A stretch of DNA of 64,000 nucleotides. It comes from Eledone cirrhosa. Lineage: Eukaryota. Under the pieces are notes generated by a model. The model searched no databases. It was not told where the DNA came from and saw only the letters and a list, made by a program, of their open reading frames with translations. Where the stretch lies: NCBI GenBank assembly GCA_964016885.1, contig OZ024742.1:358360001-358424000 (forward strand), read 5' to 3'. Made by a program: the position numbers and the translations under genes. Below, in pieces: positions 1 through 11,175 of the stretch. Each line of letters begins with the position of its first letter. The first letter of the stretch is position 1.

Positions 1-224
1 CATGCAGCTTTGCTGTTCGTATGCATGCATCGTATAACCTGCCTTTCATTTTTAGGGAGAACCCTCTAGCGGCTAATAGTGGTATAAGCTCTCTGAACTT
101 TTTCCATCCAGTTCTGACTCTAGCTACTGTACTTTCAGAGCACCCTCCCCCACTGCTGATTTTGTCACCCAGGTAACGGAAGCTGTCCACTATTTCTATA
201 GAACCCTCTGCGCAGTTGAAGGAG
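1..224 (-). mobile_element. RTE/BovB-like LINE fragment (post-RT region), cut by the window edge
   Basis: Similar to 4090-4300 and 12930-13130; minus-strand translation gives GDKISSGGGCSE...RVRTGWKKFREL. Confidence 0.85.
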
Positions 225-255
225 TATATGTATATATATATACATATATATATAC

Positions 256-308
<53 letters not shown>

Positions 309-453
309 TACTTTGGGAGGGTCATGTTGCCAATAAGAAACACACGCACCAGTTGCTTTCACTTCAATTTATTATAATAAATTTATAAATTTAGGAATTT
401 ATAAATTTCTGGTTGGCTGGTTGGTTCCATAACCAGATGATTCTTTATATATT

Positions 454-496
454 GTCAAAGTTCTTTCGTCACACATTCCGTGACCTCTTCAGTGAC
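454..496 (-). ncRNA. Minimal type-I hammerhead ribozyme motif (family A, left arm)
   Basis: Reverse complement reads gtca-CTGAAGA-g-gtcac(ggaatgt)gtgac-GAAA-gaac-TT-tgac; stem I gtca/tgac. Confidence 0.7.
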
Positions 497-660
497 TAGG
501 GATTCTTTTATTTGTTTTTGTGCCTCTCCTTTGTTCTGTCCTACGCCATCTTGTTTTTGTTCTGTCACACGCCATCTTGTTTTTGTGTGTGTCACACACA
601 AAAACAAGATGGTGTAGGACAGAACAAAGGAGAGGCACAAAAACAAAGAAAAAATCCCCA

Positions 661-703
661 GTCACTGAAGAGGTCACAGAATGTGTGACGAAAGCATTTT
701 GAC
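661..703 (+). ncRNA. Minimal type-I hammerhead ribozyme motif (family A, right arm)
   Basis: gtca-CTGAAGA-g-gtcaca(gaatg)tgtgac-GAAA-gcat-TT-tgac. Confidence 0.7.
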
Positions 704-946
704 AATATATAAACAATCATCTGGTTGTGGAACCAACCAACCAACCAGAAATTTATAAATTCCTAAATTTATAAATTTATTATAATAAATTGAAGAGAAA
801 GCAACTGGTGCGTGTGTTTCTTATTGGCAACAAGACCCTCCCAAAGTATAACAATATCGGTTTCAACACACGTTTTCAGATAAAGAATGTTGCTAAACAA
901 ATTCAGAAACGAAATATATATTTATATATATATACATATATATATA

Positions 947-1846
947 CGAGGTGTGTCAGAAACGTTCCAGGACTAATGTCACAAAAGATTTAGTTCAAAC
1001 CCAAACTTCACACTAAGAATTTTCTCCTTCAAAGTAATCCCCCTGGAGTATGTAACTAATCTTAGCTCTCTGCAGCGATCAAACTTTTTTCTTCATAATT
1101 TTATATACATGTCCTCTGTTTCAGGTCGTCAAGCAATGAACACAGAGAAATGAACAAACTTGAAAACTCCATCCTGCTGGGATTACTGCAGCAAGTGTAT
1201 GGATATGAGAGGATGTCATGCTCACGTGTTTTCAAGTGGTGCAAGAGATTTAAAGAAGGACACGAACACGTGGAAGATGACCCCAGGCCCTCAACAACCA
1301 GGACTGAGGTCAATGTTGAGCGCGTCAGGCACATAGTTCATAGCAATCGTCGGCTGACTGTTCGACTGATGGCAAATGAGCTGGGCATGAATCGGGACAG
1401 TGTCTGGAAGATTCTCACTGAAGATTTGGATATGCGGAAAGTCTGCGCCAAGATGGTGCCAAAACTGCTGAATGATGATCAGAAGGGTCGACGCATGCAA
1501 GTGTGCCAGGACATCCTCGAGCGTCTTGAAACCGAATCAGACTTACTAGGGACAGTCATCACCAGTGATGAGTCATAGATCTTCGAATACGACCCGGGGG
1601 GGACCCATTTTGAAGACGTGGACGAGATCAAAAAGGCCGTGACAACGGAACTGAGGAGGATCCCAGAAGAATCCTTCCAGGAGTGCATGCAAGCGTGGAA
1701 GAAAAGGATGGAAAAGTGCAGGGAGATTACTTTGAAGGAGAAAACTCCAGGGGGATTACTTTGAAGGAGAAAACTCTTAGTGTGAAGTCTGGGTTTGAAA
1801 TAAATCTTTTGTGACATCAGTCCTGGAACTTTTCTGACCCACCTCT
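947..1846 (+). mobile_element. Internally deleted mariner transposon with ~105-bp terminal inverted repeats, in (TA)n
   Basis: 947-1050 is inverted relative to ~1744-1846; ORF 1150-1578 has a mariner HTH region, a KMVPKLL motif (WVPHEL-like) and TSDES; TA-flanked. Confidence 0.9.
1150..1745 (+). pseudogene. Mariner transposase remnant
   Basis: VFKWCKRFKEG...VEDDPRP, VCAKMVPKLL, stop at the DESW position, then a jump from YDP to the C-terminal GTHFEDVDEIK; most of the catalytic domain is deleted. Confidence 0.88.
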
Positions 1847-1848
1847 TA

Positions 1849-1913
<65 letters not shown>

Positions 1914-2359
1914 GAATGCATGTATAGTATATTTGGTAATATACCGTATGTTTAATTAAAAACATTTTGAAGACCTTGCGCTATCATTTTAAAGTAGTGA
2001 CTACGTCACTTACTTCTTTTTTCAGAGCACCAATCCTAATTTTTAATTTTTGCTGGACCGGCAATCGCTCTGTATAATTAGTTCTTGATTATTACTGGAA
2101 TTCTATAAGAATCCAGCGTCTATAATTTCCAGCAGAGGTCGGCGAGAACGTTGCTCTGAGAAACACCAACAGTGTGAAACAGAATCTGTCAGCTTCTCTC
2201 CCTTCCTTTGCTGAAAAAAGAAATAAGTGACATAGTCACTACTTTAAAATGATTGCGCAAGGTCTTCAAAATGTTTTAAATTAAACATACGGTATATTGC
2301 CAAATATACTATACATACATTCATGTATACATCGCTATTTCAGAGCACCAATCCTAATA
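1914..2359 (+). mobile_element. Penelope-like pLTR structure: inverted 3' piece + ~318-bp unit + short re-started copy
   Basis: 1914-2024 is inverted versus ~2213-2324; tttcagagcaccaatcctaat is repeated directly at ~2020 and ~2338; hammerhead motif at 2153. Confidence 0.7.
2153..2193 (+). ncRNA. Type-I hammerhead ribozyme motif, G8A variant (family B)
   Basis: gct-CTGAGAA-acac(caaca)gtgt-GAAA-cag(aat)ctg-TC-agc; all three stems pair, GTC cleavage triplet, core has A in place of G8. Confidence 0.6.
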
Positions 2360-3313
2360 TCTATCTATATATATATATATATATACACTTATACACACTA
2401 GCAGAAAAACCACCCTTCAGGTGGTTTTCTGGTAGCATGTGTAGTGTGTATATTGATATTATACGCAAATACACATGCATATAGATATGATACATCAAAT
2501 AAAATCGTAATTGAGAATATGCACAGAAATTGAAGAGAGACTGTTACACTGTCTTCTGCAATCAGTAAAGTAATCCATGATACATTTTAAAAAGACGATA
2601 TTATATATAAACTGTATTACGGTGAAATATAATGAAAATGAAAAAGGAGAAAATTAGCGACGGAAGTATAAACCTTATATAACGATGCAAATATATGAAC
2701 GTTTATATAAGCGATGTGATATAGCGTCTGTTTTATCATAACCTGAAGTATTGACATTTGAAAATTTTAAAAGAAGTGAATCTTAAAATAAGCAATCATT
2801 ATGATAAAATAATGTACCAGTAAAACACTGGGATAATTGCTGGCCTTGTGCCAAAAAGTAGAAACAATTATATATAAGAATATTTATGTTTAATCAACAG
2901 TTACAAAATTTAGTAGATAAATTATGTAATATTTATTCATTATTTATTCAAAGTAATCCAACTTATTTTACTAGCGGCATAAAAAAATATATTCAGGACA
3001 CATTCCCACACTCTTTCTTCATTATATTATGATTACAAAAATATAATTATAAAAAATTAAGTATGATATAAAAATACCAAAATAGTCTTGAGACAATTGA
3101 ATAAATTAGAATAAATATATTATTTAATAAAAAAATATGTATTTTATATATAGTAGTCAGATATAAAACATAAGAACCTTAAAGGTTTCCTTTGCTTTTA
3201 AGTTCATAAGCTTACAACCATGGCTTAGTCCCTGAACATAATAAAATGCCTGTATGAACTGCCATCCTGTTGATTACTATTTGCTCATTGATGCATTATT
3301 TAATTTTCTACAC

Positions 3314-3428
3314 AGGGTGTCTATAAGAACTGGACAGAAGAAATATTTCAGTTAAATAAAATGTTGCTGGATTTATTTTTATTTGACAATATGTATTTTG
3401 CTTGTGCGTCTAAACTTTAAGGACACTC
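3314..3428. mobile_element. Small Tc1/mariner-like MITE whose right end is split by the RTE insertion
   Basis: Left end cagggtgtc; right end ggacactc continues as actctgta at 6181 after the LINE. Confidence 0.5.
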
Positions 3429-6180
3429 ATCATCATCATCATCATCACCGTTTTACGTCCGTTCTTCCACGCTAGCATGGGTTAGACGGGTTGTCCTGTT
3501 GTGGGCAGTGTCTGGTCGGCTGACCATGCCTTGCTCATACAGGAACTGATCTGGCTTGATTTCTACAGCTGGATGCCCTTCCTAACACCAACCTCATTTA
3601 CAGTGTGGGCTGGGTGCTTTTTCGTGGCGCCTACACGTCCACCTTGCGGTGGGGGGGGGGGGGGGGGGGGGCATATTGTTTATATGCTTCAGCATGTACC
3701 CATGGGAGGTCGGGTACCCTGTATTACTGCGTGACGCCAGAAGTCACGGTCGTGTGTCATTGACTTTGAGAGGTGTAGTTGGGTAAGGTCGGCTTTTATC
3801 ACCTCATCCCAAGTCATCTTGGGTCTCCCCACTCCGCGGTTTCCATCAACTTCTAGTGCTCTGCACCTTTTTATGCAGCTGTCATCCTTCATACGCATCA
3901 CATGTCCATACCAGCGTAACCGCCTCTCCTGCACGCAGCATTTGATTCCTCTTATGCTCAGTCTCTCTCTCAATTCATTTATGCTTTGTCGTTCACGTAT
4001 ATTACTGTTACACATCCATCGGAGCATGCAGGCTTCGTTTCTCTCTAATCTACGTAGGTCTTCCACCTTCAGCGCCCAGGTCTCACTACCATGCAACATC
4101 GCTGTTCGGATACACGCATCATACAGTCTGCCTTTCATTCTGAGGGAGAAGCCTTTTGCAGCTAGCAGTGGTAGTAGTTCCCTAAACTTCTTCCATCCCG
4201 TTCTTACCCTAGTTATTGTACTTTCTGAGCACCCACCTCCGTTGCTAATTCGGTCACCTAGGTAGCAGAAGCTGTCTACTGTTTCTACAGGGCCCTCCCA
4301 GAGATTGGTGGTACTTGTTTCCTGTGGCTGTTTGCTTGCTGTTTCAGCACAGCTGCTGCATGTGAATCCTACATTCTTAATTAAGCTTCCTGAGATCCCG
4401 CTACATCTCTTGTGTACCCATTGTTTGCATTTGGGGCAAAGAATGGAGTTCCTACCTACACCTTTCCTACATACTGAGCAAGGCCATTTCCCTGAGGGGA
4501 TCTGGGTTCTGTTTTCTCGTCTACTTATAAGGACCTTAGTCTTTGTCATGTTGACTTTGAGGCCCTTTCTCTCTAGTCCCTGCTTCCAGGTTTGGAATTT
4601 ATTCTCTAGTTCTACCATAGATTCAGCTATGAGTGCGAGGTCATCAGCATACAGGAGTTCCCATGGGCATCCGGTCTTAAACTCCTCCGTTATTGCCTGC
4701 AGGACTATGATGAACAGGAGAGGGCTAAGAACAGAGCCCTGGTGGACCCCAACCTGTACGCTAAATTCCTCGCTATACTCATTGCCAATCCTAACTTTGC
4801 TGACTGCTCCCCTATACATGGCTTGTACCGCTTTCACAAGCCATTCATCTACTCCTAGTTTTCTAAGAGCCCACCAGATTACTGCACGTGGAACTCTGTC
4901 AAAGGCTTTCTCAAGGTCGACAAATGCCAAGTAGAGTGGCTTACTTTTAGCTAGGTACTTTTCCTGTAATTGCCTCACAAGGAAGAGCGCATCAGTGGTG
5001 CCTTTCCCTGGTACAAACCCAAATTGCATCTCGTCTATATTCACCCGGTCCCTAATCAGCTGTGCTATAACTCTTTCTGTTACTTTCATGACCTGGTCCA
5101 TCAACTTTATACCTCTATAGTTTCCTCTATCTAGTGCATCGCCTTTACCTTTGTAGCAGTTGACAATGATGCTACTGCACCAATCTTTTGGTATGGCCCC
5201 CTCTAGTATTACCTGGTTAACGATACGTGTGGTTATAGTGTGACCTACAGACCCAGATGCCTTCAGCATCTCGGCAGCTATACCCGATGGACCGGTTGCC
5301 TTCCCTATCTTCATATCTCTGATTGCCTTACTTACTACGCTGCCGCTGACTTGTACTGCTGGTCCCTCTATAGGGTCTACGTGGGGTAGGGTCTCTTCTT
5401 CCCATGCATTCTCCTCATTTAGTAATCTATCATAATGACTCTTCCATGCATCTTTCTTCTCAGCACTTGTGAGGGCAAGCTCACCTTTATCATTCCGGAT
5501 ACACTTCTCTCCAATGACATCACAACTATCTCTGACACACTGCCTCGCAATCTTGAATACCTCCTGTTTCTGGTCCTCACGTTGTAAAACATGCTTGAAT
5601 TTTCTATCCTCTGCTTCCCTCCTAGCTAAGTATACTTGTCGCCTAGCTTCCCTCTTGGTCTCTATGTAATGTACCCTGCTCCCCCCGTTCTTCCATTCTT
5701 TCCATGCCTGTCTCTTGGCCTTGACTGCTTCATCTACCTTATTGTTCCACCACCAAGTCACTCTCCTCCTGCTTGAGGTCTTACTCCAGCCACAAACCTC
5801 ATCCGTCGCCTCTAGTAAGTTATTTTTTAGGAACTCCCAGTTCTCTTCTACGTTAAATGTCTCTATCTGTTCTTCTTTACTGTCGTAGGCGTTGAGTAAA
5901 ATATCTTTAAATCTGTTACTGGTTGAGGGGACTTTCAGCTTCCAGATCTTTCTTCTCCAGGTTGGCCTCTGTTTCAGGGCTCGTCTAGTTCTGACCGTGA
6001 GGTCGCTGACAACTAAGCTATGTTGGGATGTACATTCCTCACTAGGGAAGGCTTTTGTGTTTACGACCGTCCATCTGTCACGTCCTCTGATGAGGATAAA
6101 ATCTAACTGACTAGAGTGCTCCCCTGATCTATAGGTGATCAGGTGGTTGTCGGGTTTTTTAAAGTTTGTGTTACATATCG
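3428..6180 (-). mobile_element. 5'-truncated RTE/BovB-like LINE with (GAT)n tail
   Basis: Long RT ORF, end of APE endonuclease upstream, 3' UTR 3448-3688, (cat)n on the + strand at 3428. Confidence 0.95.
3689..5761 (-). CDS. RTE-clade reverse transcriptase (intact RT domain, PHD-like Cys cluster, C-terminal region)
   Basis: [55 protein letters not shown]. Confidence 0.93.
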   Translation of the reverse strand: MTWWWNNKVDEAVKAKRQAWKEWKNGGSRVHYIETKREARRQVYLARREAEDRKFKHVLQREDQKQEVFKIARQCVRDSCDVIGEKCIRNDKGELALTSAEKKDAWKSHYDRLLNEENAWEEETLPHVDPIEGPAVQVSGSVVSKAIRDMKIGKATGPSGIAAEMLKASGSVGHTITTRIVNQVILEGAIPKDWCSSIIVNCYKGKGDALDRGNYRGIKLMDQVMKVTERVIAQLIRDRVNIDEMQFGFVPGKGTTDALFLVRQLQEKYLAKSKPLYLAFVDLEKAFDRVPRAVIWWALRKLGVDEWLVKAVQAMYRGAVSKVRIGNEYSEEFSVQVGVHQGSVLSPLLFIIVLQAITEEFKTGCPWELLYADDLALIAESMVELENKFQTWKQGLERKGLKVNMTKTKVLISRRENRTQIPSGKWPCSVCRKGVGRNSILCPKCKQWVHKRCSGISGSLIKNVGFTCSSCAETASKQPQETSTTNLWEGPVETVDSFCYLGDRISNGGGCSESTITRVRTGWKKFRELLPLLAAKGFSLRMKGRLYDACIRTAMLHGSETWALKVEDLRRLERNEACMLRWMCNSNIRERQSINELRERLSIRGIKCCVQERRLRWYGHVMRMKDDSCIKRCRALEVDGNRGVGRPKMTWDEVIKADLTQLHLSKSMTHDRDFWRHAVIQGTRPPMGTC

Positions 6181-8684
6181 ACTCTGTACATTATTTATTA
6201 AGCCATCAGTGAAGATCAATCAGAAGGATGCCCAGCAATACAAAATAATATTAATAACTTTTTCACATAGTGACCTATAACTTCATTGAATTAACAAGGT
6301 GGCAGAGTAGATAAGGCATTTGATTATCTATTCAGGAATCATCATTTTCAAGTCTGAAGTTTTTTGTTGTTTCAGGACAGAATACATTATTGTGTATTCC
6401 ATTTGGTCACTTATTGGCAGGCAATGGGTATAAGATATTTTTTGAAAAAGTCAGTATGGCTTATCTATTGCTACATATATCTTATAGCTATTGACTTAAT
6501 TCATTATAATTCTGCATGCAATAATTGGCAAAGGAAAAGAACTAATGCCAGTTTGTGTCAGCAAAAAAAGAAAAAAAAAAAGAAAATATTTTAAAACAAT
6601 TCTAAAGTAGAATAAATTTCTTTGTCTTTAAAAGTGGTACATACTTACAATTATAGCAGAATTATTCATTAAATAAAGGAAAGATATTAACCCTTTCCTA
6701 CTTACTTGCTTGGCGTTCACCTGGGGTGGGTTGAGCTGGCTCTATTAAAGGAATTCATAGTGTAAGTTCATTTCAAAGGAGTTTCTTCAGAGCATTGGTT
6801 TCATAAGTAGATATGCACTTTAGGATAGTACAAACCAAGCATTGCTATAGCACCATAATCTTGCTTTCACACCCAACCCAATTTGGTGGAGTCTGTGCCA
6901 CTACGGGGATGCATGGGAGGGAGTTTGGCCAGCAGAGGTGATAAACACAACTTATTTGAGCCATTTTATAGGCCAGCAGGAGCTTACCCCACTGTCTAGT
7001 TCAACCATACTGACCCTCAGCACCAAACCTTTCATGAACATATTTCTAATGAAATCCCATCTATTTCAATTAATTGATGACAAATTTCGAGTGACTTACT
7101 AAAATTAATTAATTAGTTCATAATTAAGATAGTAACTTAATGTAAGGTTCTTATATAAAATTATTTTGGAAGATATTAATTTAAACAATAAACCTTCAAA
7201 AGGGGGTAACTTTATTTCAAATAACCAGAGCTGGTTTTGGCTATGTTGTTAACAAAAGGGTTGATAGAGAGAGGGGAGGGGGGTGTATGGAATTAAGAAA
7301 TTCCCAGCCTTCCAACACAATTTGTTCAAAGAGGGTTTCTATCCAAAATATCAGAACACATTGCTTATCATGTGATATAATGAATAAACATTCAGAATAT
7401 TTGTGTTGAAACTTCTCAGAAACATTTAACTGCTGATATAAATAATATTTTTATTCCTTTTAAAAATATTTTGTTTACTTATTTCAATTCTAGATGGGTG
7501 GTTTTGTTTTTAACTTTGCTTATTTTACAAGTTTTAATGTTTGCATTGAATTGTTGGAGCAAATATTTTTACCCCTTACAGGACACAATTCCTAATACCC
7601 TCCATTCAAGCATGAAGCAGATGCACAACCTATTTTAGTTTTGTCTAGTCTGAAGCAAACTGAATAATGTGCTTAGCCAAAGACAAGGAGTATGATTATT
7701 GTAGACAGCTGGGCTTGAAGTCATGGATTTGTGGGCATTCATTCACCATTTTAAGCACAACAGCAACTGTAATATTTAAAAATAAATAAATAGATATAAA
7801 TGAAAGTAAATATGAAACTCTTTCAAATGTTGCTTGCTACCTCCAGTTGATTTTGAATGTATGCCAATGGTTTCATTAATACCTTACAGTTGTTGTTGGA
7901 TGTTGTTACTGCTTTTGTTTTTCCTTTCAGTTAGATATGTGATACACAATTCTTCTCTATTACATTGAAGTTATTCATTGAAAAACCAATTCATATGAAC
8001 ATTACCAATATTGATTTTAACTATGTGAACAAAGATTTAAGGAATGTACATAAACTTTAAGCAAAAATAATAACATTATTTATTTTGATAAAAACAAAAG
8101 CACAATAAAACACTAAAGAACATTTTAAATTAAAGAAAATTCTTGTCATGCATTCCTAATTTGTGTTCCTATCTCCAGCAGAATGTTTGCCCGTGGCTTT
8201 AGGTGCTTGATTCTAGTGATTATTCATTGATAAAATAGAACCAATTATTGATAAAGTGGAACTGGAAGCAAGAACAATAAATAGCTTTATAGATTTTTCA
8301 GGTTAAAACTGAAATACTATTCTATAAGCAAAAATAATTCCAACTCCCAATGGGTGACTATTTTTTTTCTGTAACTAATTACTGATATTTGTTAAAGTAA
8401 AAAAGAAATTAATGTTGTATGCTGAAACATATTTCTATTTTCAATAAATGTAAAAGAAAAAGTTATGTTGGAAATGTGTACACCAATTAAGGAATGTTGT
8501 TTCAATTTTTGTCAAAAAAAATTATCTATCCTTGTGAAAGAAATTGGGATCATGTGAACTCTTGTAAACAACTTATCACTGTGTTTCAAGGTGTAAAAGT
8601 TCTCTAAAAAATGGAAGTTTTCTGTAAGTGGATTTATTATATATATATGTATATATATATATATATATATATACATGTACATAT

Positions 8685-8986
8685 AGACAATATGCCCCAC
8701 CCACTCCAACTGCAAAGTGGTCGTGGAGGTGCCACAGCAAAAAAGTACCCAGCCCACACTGTAAAGTGGACATGTAGGCACCATGGAAAAAAAGCACCCA
8801 GCACTCATTGTAAATGAGGTTGGTGTTAGGAAGAGCATCCAGCTGTAGAAATCAAGCCAGAATCAGTTCCTGTATGAGCAAAACAAGGTCAGCAACTGGA
8901 CACTGCCCACAACAGGACAACTCGTCTAACCCATGCTAGCGTGGAAGAACGGATTTAAAACGGTGCTGATGATGATGATGATGATG
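8685..8986 (+). mobile_element. RTE 3'-UTR-derived short copy with (GAT)n tail
   Basis: Reverse complement of the 24772-25070 3' UTR. Confidence 0.8.
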
Positions 8987-9436
8987 AATATGTGTGTGTG
9001 TGTATGTATATAAATCAGGATGGATTCAGTTTAAACTGGTTAGACCATTATTCAACAGAGTACTCGATACTTAGGGTAGTAGAGTATGGTCATATTATAA
9101 CAGCAACAGCTGAGCTCTTGCCATTTCAACAACTATTTCCAGACTGGAACTAGCTGTTGAAATGAGCATCCAGTCAAATCAATTTGAAATGATTTCTTCA
9201 GATGGGATCTACTGGAAGGAATGTTAAGGACTCTGCCCCCACCTTCCCAGGAATAAGTTGGTGAAGAAGAAGTAATCTGACTGGATTCTCATGCAAGACC
9301 AGCGTAGCTCATGGATGTTATTCAAACATCTTGCTTGGGGTCTACTGCTAGGTCTCCTGTTGGTTTGGTTTAAAATCTGTCTCGTGACTCAGAGGCTACT
9401 CTTCTCCAGATATTCCTACTCCACAAACAAGCATGC

Positions 9437-9449
<13 letters not shown>

Positions 9450-9472
<23 letters not shown>

Positions 9473-9597
9473 CATGACACATACACTGTTCACTTTCCTG
9501 ACATTTGTACATTATTATATATACTATACATGCACCTTTGATGAGTTGTAGTGCACCTGAGCACTGTACACAATAATTTTCATTATTATTATTATCA
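9450..9597 (+). mobile_element. CR1-type LINE 3' UTR fragment
   Basis: Matches 31128-31255, ends in (att)n. Confidence 0.75.
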
Positions 9598-10597
9598 TTT
9601 TAATTCACATCCAACTTCATCTGTCAATTCCCAAATTCGTCACTTCTGCCTGATAATTTATCAACTCTGAAAGGATTAAAAAGCAAAGTTGACCTTGTTG
9701 GACATTGAACTCAGTATGCAGAGAACTATACGTGAGGAATTGATTACAATGTCAGGTAGAATGATTTGCAGTATTTATTCTGGCTATCTGCTAAATGAGT
9801 TTTAATCCTCCCAAAGTCAAAGTTTCTTTTCATTATTTCAATGTTGATAAAAATGTACCAGTCAGGTACTGGGGTCAAATCTTCCTCTATATCTCTTTCT
9901 CACTTTCTCTCTCTTACTCTCAATCTTTCTCTAGAAGAAATCTACTGTGTTCAGACCAAGAGTTATAGGACCATATCATACCATTCTCACTTCCTCTATA
10001 TCTATTCAAGTCAATAAAAGAAGCACCAGTCTAGTACCTGACTAGTACCTGACATGATTCTTCTTCTCTTTCTTACTTTCATTCTTTCTCTGGAAGAAAT
10101 CAGCTTTGTTCAAAACTGGAGAGGAAACAAACTCAGTAAGATTATTTTTAAATGCCCAAGAAACCCTGTATATCAGTACAGTGCCCTACTATTCCATTAG
10201 AAGTTACTACTATATACATCCATATATGCAGAGTGCTGGAACACACACTGCGAGATATTTAACATGATGCTTGATTCAGACAAGTAACTAAAGCTTCAGC
10301 ACATGCATTCTTAATCTGGATCATTAATTTGATTCAATAAATTCTTTTTTATTTCATAAAATATACAGTTAATAGGAATTTTATCAGATAATACATATAT
10401 AAGACTTGGTAATATTGATAATTAATGTATGTGTTAATGACTACTAATGAGATTAATATTAATATCCAAAAATTAGTTTAATCATGACTCAATAGAATTA
10501 CACATGTGTAGGAGTATATGCATAAATATGTTTTTAATCACACTAAAAGGGAGGGATGTATATTGTGTGTGTATGTGTGTGTATATATATATTTATA

Positions 10598-10664
<67 letters not shown>

Positions 10665-10665
10665 A

Positions 10666-11055
10666 TCATCATCATCATCATCATCGTTTAACGTCCATCT
10701 TCCACGTTTGCATGGGTTTGGACGGGAGTTTTCCCACTTGAGGCAAGATTGGTTGTCCTACTCGTATAGGACTGTCTGGCTGGTTTTCTACGGTTGGATG
10801 CCCTTCCTAACACCAACCACGTTTACAGTGTGGACTGGGAGGTTTTTACCATGTTACCTACACGGCCACATTACAGCGTGGACTGTGTGTTTTTTTTGTC
10901 GTGACACCTACACATCTGGCAAGTTTTCTACGGCCGAGTGCCCTTCCCAACACCAACCCCGTTTACAGTGTGGACTGGGAGGTTTTTACCGTGTTACCTA
11001 CACGGCCACATTACAGCGTGGACTGTGTGATTTTTTTTTGTCGTGACACCTATAC
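10666..11055 (-). mobile_element. RTE-tail-related SINE-like element with an internal ~140-bp duplication
   Basis: (cat)n tail; gcccttcc(t/c)aacaccaac...gtcgtgacaccta occurs at ~10800 and ~10940. Confidence 0.7.
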
Positions 11056-11175
11056 GACCTTATTTGTTTCGGACTGGTTGTTGTGGTACCAACATAACTT
11101 CACATTTAAGGGGGTGGTGTGGATATGTATGTATATATATATAAATATATATATGTATATATATATATATATATA

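Larger units (their letters stand above)
305..852. repeat. Fold-back inverted repeat (~280-bp arms), probable non-autonomous Penelope-like pLTR
   Basis: 305-~585 is the reverse complement of ~595-852 (gttatactttgggagggtc.../...gaccctcccaaagtataac); flanked by (TA)n; a hammerhead motif in each arm. Confidence 0.85.

Noticed and set aside
3819-4934. Plus-strand ORFs of 148 and 209 aa
   Set aside because: Antisense shadows of the RTE ORF.
9040-9170. Hairpin and shared motif tacttagggtagtagagt with 16320-16420
   Set aside because: Likely two diverged copies of one dispersed repeat; no class or ribozyme fold could be assigned.
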